Below are positions 55,785 through 64,000 of a DNA stretch of 64,000 nt, in pieces. This DNA comes from Octopus vulgaris. Taxonomy: Eukaryota. The notes under the pieces are model-generated. The model was not told the DNA's origin, did not search any database, and was given only the letters and a program-made list of their open reading frames with translations. A program made the translations under genes and the position numbers. The DNA lies in assembly GCA_951406725.2 (NCBI GenBank), contig OX597814.1, positions 13,268,001 to 13,332,000 of the forward strand, in the 5' to 3' direction. How positions within the stretch are numbered: the stretch's first letter is position 1; the number at the start of each line of letters is the position of its first letter.

Positions 55785-55901
55785 TTACGGCCATATCACG
55801 TTGAAAGCACCGGTTCTCGTCTGATCACCGAAGTTAAGCAACGTCGAGCCTAGTCAGTACTTAGATGGGTGACTGCTTGGAAAATCTAGGTGCAGTAAGC
55901 A
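55783..55901 (+). pseudogene. Full-length 5S rRNA-derived sequence (head of a SINE3-like retrocopy)
   Basis: 119 nt gcttacggccatatcacgttgaaagcaccggttctcgtctgatcaccgaagttaagcaacgtcgagcctagtcagtacttagatgggtgactgcttggaaaatctaggtgcagtaagca. Box A/C recognisable with substitutions. No oligo-T terminator. Confidence 0.9.
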
Positions 55902-55975
55902 TAGCACATTGTAACGGCGGTGCATCAGCATGGCCGCATCTCTGAGCTGAAACTAGAAAAAAAAAAAATATATAT

Positions 55976-56252
55976 GAGTGGGAGACCCCGTTCGGTTATG
56001 AATGACCATGGTATTGCACCTAGTAAGTTACCCTCCTTGGTGCAAGTCCGGGCAAGATTGTTTAAGGAAGGCCAGCAGTCGCCCGTGCATACCAACCTTC
56101 CCTCTCCCCACCACTGATGTTATCCAAGGGAAAGGCAACAGCAGATACGGCTTGGCATCAGTGATGTTGCAACTCATTTCTGCAGCTGAGTGGACTGGAG
56201 CAACGTGAAATAAAGTGTCTTGCTCAAGAACACAACACGCAGCCCGGTCCGG

Positions 56253-56256
<4 letters not shown>
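55976..56256 (-). mobile_element. tRNA-derived SINE family C (V/Meta-SINE-like core), 5'-truncated
   Basis: Minus strand attcccggaccgggctgcgtgttgtgttcttgagcaagacactttatttcacgttgctccagtccactcagctg. Confidence 0.75.
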
Positions 56257-56291
<35 letters not shown>

Positions 56292-56292
<1 letters not shown>

Positions 56293-57223
56293 TAGCTTTT
56301 GAGCAACTGACCCCGAATGGGAAGATCTGCAAAGAGATCTCTGACTTGTATTGGAAAATTTGTTGCCATTGATTCCTCCAGAGTCAGATCCCGTAGATGA
56401 TCCTATTGATCACCAAAGATCACGTAAAATAATTGGCAGAAACAATTGCAGTAATGAAAACCTAGGAATCCAAAATGTCAGGATTGCAGGACCGGATTCG
56501 GTCGGGAATGTTTTTAATTTCCTCACAGATTTGGCCTTTAGATTATAAAAATTGTGACCGTACAAAATGTTTTGTCGCAAAAGTCACGTAAAGAAATTGC
56601 CGGAAATAATCACATTAATGAAAACTTGGGAAATCCAAAGTTTCAGGATGGTGGGGCCGGATTCGGTCCACAATGTTTTTGATTTACTCTCAGAGTCAGC
56701 CTGATTCAAAAATGGTATGATATGTCGGGCTATGGCCTCTAGGAGTAAAGTTGAAAAAGTGTGACACTGACAATGTAATTTATTATATTATACTATATTG
56801 TTATACTATATTAAGACTGCGAACTGGCAGAATCGTTAGCACGCTGGGCGAAAAGCTTGGCGGTATTTCGTCGGCCGCTACGTTCTGAGTTCAAATTCCA
56901 CCGATGTCGAATTTGCTTTTCATCCTTTCAGGGTCGATTAAATAAGTACCAGTTACGCACTGGGGTCGATATAATCGACTTAATCCGTTTGTCTGTCCTT
57001 GTTTGTCCCCTCTGTGTTTAGCCCCTTGTGGGTAGTAAAGAAATCGCTATTTCGTCGGCCGTTAGGTTTTGAGTTCAAATTCCACCGAAACCGATTTTCA
57101 TCTATTCGGGGTCAATAAAATTACTACCAGTAATCAACTTAATCCCTTCCCCAAAAAACTGAGGCCAGGATTTATAAAGCTGAAAAAGTGTGACACACTT
57201 AGATTCATATTTATAATATTAGA
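56292..57223 (-). mobile_element. Probable non-autonomous Helitron interrupted by SINE B
   Basis: CTAG next to (TA)n at 56292. TC(taatattataaat) start at 57223. Internal ~165-bp diverged tandem repeat. aaagt/ctgaaaaagtgtgacac appears on both sides of the SINE. Confidence 0.5.
56815..57155 (+). mobile_element. SINE family B, full copy plus partial second copy
   Basis: gcgaactggcagaatcgttagc...gagttcaaattcc...gggtagtaaagaaat, then a restart at tatttcgtcggccg. Confidence 0.88.
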
Positions 57224-58570
57224 TATGAATTAATTATGAGAAAACTTCACTTAAATAAAAGTGTATTTCACAGAAAGCAAAAGTTAAAACAAAGATGATA
57301 GCGTTCAGTATGTTGGCCACATGAGTTTCTGTGAAAGAGTCATGGTTAAACAAAGTTGTACATCATCAGTCTCTTTGTCTCACATACCCACTCTTTGTCT
57401 CTCTCTTATAATTACTCCCATTTCCACCATCAACACTACTACTTTTAATAAAACATCATCAACTCCCCCCAAATTCCTTTGTCTGTCTCTTTCTATTCCT
57501 TTTATTCTCTTCTCTCCCTCTCTCTTTCTCTCTCTCTCTCTGTCTTTACCACCGCCCTCATCTACTATTACCCTCAACCTAGCTCGAGGAATAGTAGAAG
57601 TTCCATTGAATAGTGAGAGATGTGTGACAGACTGACACAGAAATTACCAATCACGTGCACAGCCACAGACACAGAACACAAACACACACACAAACACACA
57701 CATGCACATACACATGTATGGGTTTCATCCAGTTTTCTTGACATGTAATTACCAACTATTAAGTGTCAGAATCTATTTTTGAATGACCTTGAACATATAG
57801 ACAGTGAATATTTATTTAGGTGTGTATATTAAATAAAATGATGAGCATAAACATGGCATTGTTAAGTAATGCACTGTAAAAATCAGATAACATGGACTAA
57901 AACATTAAATGCAAACAAATGCATAGGAGAATGAGAAACCACTCCACACAAGATAAATAATCTGGAAGAAAAACAAGTAAATAATAAAATAAAGAATAAA
58001 AATAAAGATAATAAATGGCAAATATTTCCTTATCGTGTTTTCAGAAAGAAAACATATACTGTTGAAATATATTAAGCTTAAGTGCTAGGTTATTTAGCAT
58101 TTCGCGTTTGTTTTTTATACATTTTTTGGAGTTACTTTTTACATTTAAAAATAACAAAAACAACATAAAACAAAATAAAGAAACAAAAATACCACCAACA
58201 TAAGAAAGCATTTGGTTATTAAATTAATTTAATACTAGGTTAATTTCAGAACAAATCTCAAATTTTAGACTGTAAATGTCAGCATAGTGGCTATTTTATT
58301 TATATTAAGGAGCGTATTGACGATCTGTTCACAAAATAGATGGCTGTTGTACTTACATGTTATCAATGTTTTCATATGTTTATATACGTATGCATGCATG
58401 TGTCTGTTTGAAATGTATATATATATATATCCTCACACATACACGTATATACATACACCCCTCCCACACACACCACAAACACACACTCTTACATACATGC
58501 ATGTATATATATATTTACACACCACAAAAGGAGAGGGAAAAACAGAATGTACACTACATATATATATATG

Positions 58571-58613
<43 letters not shown>

Positions 58614-58617
58614 ATAC

Positions 58618-58666
<49 letters not shown>

Positions 58667-59129
58667 TAAAAACTTAATAAAGAAGATATTCCCGCTATAT
58701 TTTCACAATGGAATACCAATTGTCAGACATTTGGTCGATGTGATATAGGTTACCATAAATCTAAATCGAATCACGTAAACTGGAATCACGTTATGAAGGT
58801 CCTAGTTAATATTTATAGTTTGTCCACTTACCCCATTCATGAGGTCAAATACGATGACTTTGCACTTAGTAAGACTGGAATCATAAAAGAAAACGCTGTA
58901 ACGTAGTGAACAAGTAGGTTTCCCTATAGAGCCTATCCCTACGCAGCTTTGAACTGAAGAGAAGTTTATGCATGTTCAGTCTTCCAATTCCTGTAGGGAA
59001 TGGCAGTCAAACAGAGTTGCTACTTTTCAGTTAATATCTCCAACCCACAAGACTCAAATGAAGTTCATAAAAATACATATATATATAAGTTTGTACAAAA
59101 GGATGTATTTTCAGTTAATACACGCACAC

Positions 59130-59213
<84 letters not shown>

Positions 59214-59462
59214 AATTAAAGGGATATGTCGTATGTGGAGTCCCATTTGTAGAAAATAGAAATAAACAGTCTCCGACTGCAATTTCTAATTTTTTTCGAT
59301 ATGCGGCTAAGCAACCTGTTGCCTGCCCCTTCTATTTATATACATATAAAACTTTACAGAAGTTCCTGCCGTTAATGGTTATATTTACATGCCGAAATCT
59401 ACCAGTAAATAATTGTTGTTTTTTTTGAAAAACCATCGAAGAAATTATTTACTCTTATTATT

Positions 59463-59524
<62 letters not shown>

Positions 59525-59544
59525 TATGAGAGAGAGAACAAATG

Positions 59545-59778
59545 AAAGCACTAGCAGACACCAGCTGCATGCCCGCGAGTAATTAGAGAAGCTCAGAACA
59601 TCTGGTGGCAGACAAAAGCAGAGGGGATGCAAAACTATGCAGGCCAACTAGACTTGCGCCCCTTTTATGATGCAACCAAGGAGATTTTCGGCCCCAAAAG
59701 GTTGTCAATGGGAGGCTTGACGAAGGCAGCTGGTTCTACGATACTCGACACCCAGGAAATCGTCGATCGCTGGAAGTC
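59545..59778 (+). mobile_element. RTE-clade LINE fragment (APE-RT linker)
   Basis: RVIREAQNIWWQTKAEGMQNYA..LDLRPFYDATKEIFGP...GSTILDTQEIVDRWK, a typical RTE WW..KA...FY...YGP...RW motif. Confidence 0.8.
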
Positions 59779-59904
59779 CCCTCTTCTTTTATCTAAAAGG
59801 AAAAAAAGAATTGTACAACTCCAACCACCACTAACTCCACGATCACTACTACTACTGCAAACAGCGGTCTCTGCTACTGCTGCCATTACAGCCAACGGTC
59901 ACTT

Positions 59905-59985
<81 letters not shown>

Positions 59986-60450
59986 TTACAGCTAACGATC
60001 ACTTTCACTATATGAGCCAATGATTCTAGTCAACGCACAAGGTAGCCATTATGTTCGGACACGTAAAACGCTACCACGTGGTTTCTGTTGTAACTAGTAA
60101 GAAATGATTATGGACTTTTCTTTTATTACACTTAACTTTTAAAATATATATATATGTATATTTGATAAGGTTCGTCTTTTCAAGAAGAACCAAAACATAA
60201 AATCTCTCAGAAAATTACTATTTTCAAACTTCTTATATATATATATATATATAGCGGAGAAAGAAAGGGCAAAACCTGCTGTTGAAATGTTCCAAATTCG
60301 TCAGTCTAAAAATAAAGAGAGTGAGAGGGAATGGGATAGAGAAAATGAGAGCGAGGAGGGAGAGAGAGAGAGAGAGAGAGAGAGGGGGGAGTATAATGCT
60401 ATCGAGACAGTGCATTACGTACGAGCAAGCTGTTTTCTTTATATATTCTT

Positions 60451-60530
60451 GAACTATGTCTTCCAGCTTGCCGGTTCGTATGTCACTATCTAGATAGCTT
60501 TATGCCCCTCTGCACCTCTCTCTCTCTCTT

Positions 60531-60562
<32 letters not shown>

Positions 60563-60830
60563 AGTCTCTCACTTTCTCTATCCTTCTCCATCTCTCTAAT
60601 GTTGCCCTGAAACGTTTCAACAATAAGCTTGCCCTTTCTTTCTCCGTAAGATTACTTTTTTTTTCTACACATAGATGCTTGAGCCCTGCTTCGCAGACTA
60701 CTGTGGTCATTTCTAAAAAACACATTCGGTTTTCTTTCTATTTGCTTTAATTCACTGCCTAGAGAACTATATCTTCCAAATAGCTGGTTCGTAAGTCACA
60801 GTCTAGATAACTTTATCTCCTCTGTCCCTC
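60451..60830. repeat. Diverged ~70-bp direct repeat (60451-60520, 60764-60830)
   Basis: gaactatgtcttcca...ggttcgtatgtcactatctagatagctttat vs gaactatatcttcca...ggttcgtaagtcacagtctagataactttat. Confidence 0.75.
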
Positions 60831-62224
60831 TCACCTTCGCTTACGTAAAGATATCATCAAATTTATTTAAACATGAATGGAAAATCTAAGTGTCTTAAAC
60901 AAAAAAAAACATTGATGCAATTACATTACTCAAAAACTGGAGTTCCTGTTTTCATACATGCAGATAATTAGAAAGACCCTGAATCTAAATTATTTGAAGA
61001 AGTAACTGATTGTGAATATTAATAGATTATGATTATTATTAATAGCCTGAAAGATACTGACTTTATAATAATGATACAAATACTTTAAATACAGCAGAAT
61101 GCAACTTGCGTAAGGAATACCAGATGCCAAATCAAAAATCAAACTCGTGAAATTATACGTATTTTGAGCTATGTACACACACACACACACACACAAACAC
61201 ACGTGCGTGTGTGCGTGTGTGTGTATGTATATTTGCATGTATGTGTTAACTTTGAATCATTCATATTCCAGATATAATGCATTTAGATGACATATCACGC
61301 TATTTTGAAAAGGCGATATCTGAGAAATACTACAAAGTCAAGTGCAAAAATGTTAACTAATATTTCATTATTTCTTTCCATCTCTCTCTCAATGTATCTC
61401 TTTCTTATTATCTCTCTCTCTTATTCTCTCTATTCATCTATCTATTTATCTATCTGCTTATCTATCTCATGTTTCCATTCACCCTCTCTATCCTCCTGGC
61501 ATCATCTTTCTAAACCACCTGCATTAAATCTGGCTTCTAGCTTTTACAGCGTATTTTCTCTTGGATTTTAATAGCATTCTAATCACAGTAAATATCATTC
61601 CTTTGTGAATTTTAAAAAGTTTTCTCATACACTTAATACTGTTAGAAAATCTCAGGAGCTGTTAAGATTTTGATGGGTGATTTTCGACTGTAATAAATTT
61701 TATTAAAAATCTTGAAACTTTATTCTAAAATTCTTTACGTATTGACGTGATGTTGTTATATAAATACACGCACGTCAACACATTTAACTTGATCCTGTAT
61801 TCCCTTGAGATTTAGCAAAATCTTTACCCCATCACAATTTCTCTGTTTCTGCTCCACTCTTTCAATTTTTCACTCAAAGCACTTTCTACACATCTGTACA
61901 CTACGTACCTAATGATTAGAGATCAACCAAAAGAAAGCATTTTAAAAGCTATTTTAAAAGCCTATCAAATTCTTTTGTCATTACTTCATCGATAGCAATT
62001 TTTTGATAGGTGTGATAGAATTATGTTTTGCAATGTACGTACTTACATATTACGAATTTCTTTTTGTTTTTGTTTTCGTAAATGAAACTCTCAATTCTAT
62101 TTGTAGGAATAAGTATAATCACGTAGCATTTACGGATACAAGTTTATGAAAATTGTGTTAAATAATTTTAAAGAAATTATCTATAGATACACAAGTATTG
62201 ATACATGATTCACTGTGTACATGC

Positions 62225-62263
<39 letters not shown>

Positions 62264-62264
<1 letters not shown>

Positions 62265-62527
62265 TTATTTTATAGAAGGAGCTTCTACAGGACTAGAACT
62301 GTTTCATTCAAAAGAAATCATCAGGAAGCTAGGTGACAAGAATAGTTTTGGCATTTATAGTGTATAAATGCCAAAACTATTCTTGTCACCTAGCTTCCTG
62401 ATCATTTCTTTGAATGAAACAGTTCTAGTCCTGTAGAAGCTCCTCCTATAAAATAAATTAATTTACTCTGCTATGTATTGAGTACCTTATTTACTGTGGT
62501 TAACCCCGACTCAACCCGGGACCTACA
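62264..62527. mobile_element. ~194-bp palindrome (3-nt loop) plus tail, PLE inverted pLTR in (TA)n
   Basis: Arms 62264-62359 and 62363-62457 are reverse-complementary with a few mismatches/indels. Tail at 62458-62527. Confidence 0.9.
62280..62330 (-). ncRNA. Type I hammerhead ribozyme (mirror copy 62392-62441 on + has G8-to-C)
   Basis: agcttc CTGATGA t-ttc-tttt-gaa-t GAA Acag-ttctagtc-ctgT A gaagct. Perfect 6-bp stem I, 4-bp stem III, GUA triplet. Confidence 0.85.
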
Positions 62528-62534
62528 TATATAT

Positions 62535-62730
62535 ATAACCAAGAAAAAAAGCAACAAGAATGGATTAGTAGTTAACAATTGTACTAAACTACTAATCCAT
62601 TCTTGTTGCTTTTTTCTTGGTTATAATCACCCCACATTATTTTATGGTTAATACCATAAAGAATTGTGGTGCATCTAAGTTAAGTACCAAATTCATTTGA
62701 ATTCATTGGAATTCACTTTAATCTTAATTG

Positions 62731-62735
<5 letters not shown>
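62535..62735 (+). mobile_element. Short fold-back unit (family H3) with tail
   Basis: tataaccaagaaaaaaagcaacaagaatggattagtagtt ... aactactaatccattcttgttgcttttttcttggttata, then the H3 motif gaattgtggtgcatctaagttaagtaccaaattc. Confidence 0.8.
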
Positions 62736-62789
<54 letters not shown>

Positions 62790-62807
62790 TGTGTTTATAT
62801 ATGGCTT

Positions 62808-62858
<51 letters not shown>

Positions 62859-63084
62859 ATGTGTGTGAGTATAAAGAAATTATGTGAAAGTAACTTATTC
62901 TTATATATCTAAACCAACTGTGTGTATACGTGTATTTTACACGTGCATATAACTGTGTATGTTTACATACATGCATATATTGTTACTTATATGTATATAT
63001 TATCATTTTGAAATGTATATTTTCAATGCGTACACGTGTATATGAGTGTATATCTGCATGTATATGTTTATATATATTTACAAA

Positions 63085-63250
63085 TAGGGAGAGTTTACGA
63101 AAAAAACTAAAGATGAAGACAGGTGGTGTACAAAACAAACAGATGTATTAGTATAACGCTCAGGGATAGAAAAAAGTATTTTACGTTTCGAGCCTACGCT
63201 CTTCTATAGAAAGGGACACAGAAAACAAGAGAAAAATGTGTGTAGTGGCT
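63085..63250 (-). mobile_element. PLE pLTR-like unit (family H1), degenerate hammerhead
   Basis: cttt CTATAGA a gagc gtag gctc GAAA cg TA aaa. Homologous to 2023-2220. Confidence 0.75.
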
Positions 63251-63309
63251 ATATATGTATATATATATATGTATATATATGTATGCATATATATATATAA
63301 TTAATTTGT

Positions 63310-64000
63310 TCAAAAGAGAAATAAATTATTTTCGAATTCTTTTCTTTTATGAGGTTTTCACGCTAACTACCCGATAATCTCTTGTTAAGATCCCTTATTA
63401 AGAGGTTATCCTTAATTGTTAAACTATATATATATATATATATATATACATATATGTATATACTTATAGATGTATATACGTATGGGTGTATGTATATGAT
63501 GTACACTGTGTATGAATAATAATTTTATACTCCTTTTTCACTATGATTATTGCATACTCTATCTATTTTTCATATTAATTCATTTAAGTTCTGAAACAAA
63601 TTAGTAAAATAATCACTGATTTATACACTCATTTATTTGATGCTGCTTTTACTATAACCAACTATCTACTATTTATTTTTAAACCAATTCTTACCATTAT
63701 ACAACATATTACCTCCTTGTCAATTTTATACCCATATTAGTAATTAATTGCGATTTAGTCTGTTATGATATTTTGGAAGAATAACATGTTAATAACCTAA
63801 TTATAAGTCTTTTTTTACTTCTTTTACTCCTATGGCAAGATTTCACCCCGCCCCCAATATTTTAATTACTGGAACTTAATTCATTTGGGCAATATCAAAA
63901 CAGCTGTAAGCGAACATGTATTTTTGCATTTAATACATTTTATTAACGCTACTTCCCCATCTTCTGAATTTTAATTTGAATATTTGCAAACAAAGTTTTA
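63310..64000 (-). mobile_element. Possible decayed PLE GIY-YIG end
   Basis: Minus-strand LN.R...PHKRK-like terminus just upstream of the H1 pLTR. Weak. Confidence 0.3.

Noticed and set aside
55783-55901. Functional 5S rRNA gene
   Set aside because: Solitary, has substitutions in the 3' half, lacks an oligo-T terminator, and runs into a SINE tail plus poly(A).

Overview
AT-rich, microsatellite-saturated eukaryotic DNA, most consistent with an Octopus (coleoid cephalopod) genome judging from recalled SINE families and (TA)n/(TAA)n density. No intact host gene or intact transposon ORF can be supported. Almost all long ORFs in the track are microsatellite artefacts or retroelement fragments. Contents: (1) a ~12 kb pile-up (20.5-32.7 kb) of Dong/R4-clade non-LTR retrotransposon fragments, each inserted in or ending in (TAA)n; (2) several decayed Penelope-like elements (PLEs; RT and GIY-YIG remnants); (3) many short non-coding PLE-terminal (pLTR-like) units embedded in (TA)n, often as fold-back palindromes; (4) three tRNA-derived SINE families, a 5S rRNA-derived SINE3-like retrocopy, Tc1/mariner relics, non-autonomous Helitrons, and RTE and Tx1-like LINE fragments. 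Five sequence-unrelated pLTR-like families carry hammerhead ribozymes (HHRs) that fold by eye, including a U3:A8 covariant core and a family-wide A6-to-U core. The most interesting signal is this set of (TA)n-targeted, HHR-bearing hairpin/retrozyme-like mini-elements, especially the ~567-bp non-coding partially tandem unit at 42.9-43.9 kb and the palindromes at 9.3-9.6 kb and 62.3-62.5 kb. All alignments and folds were done by eye.
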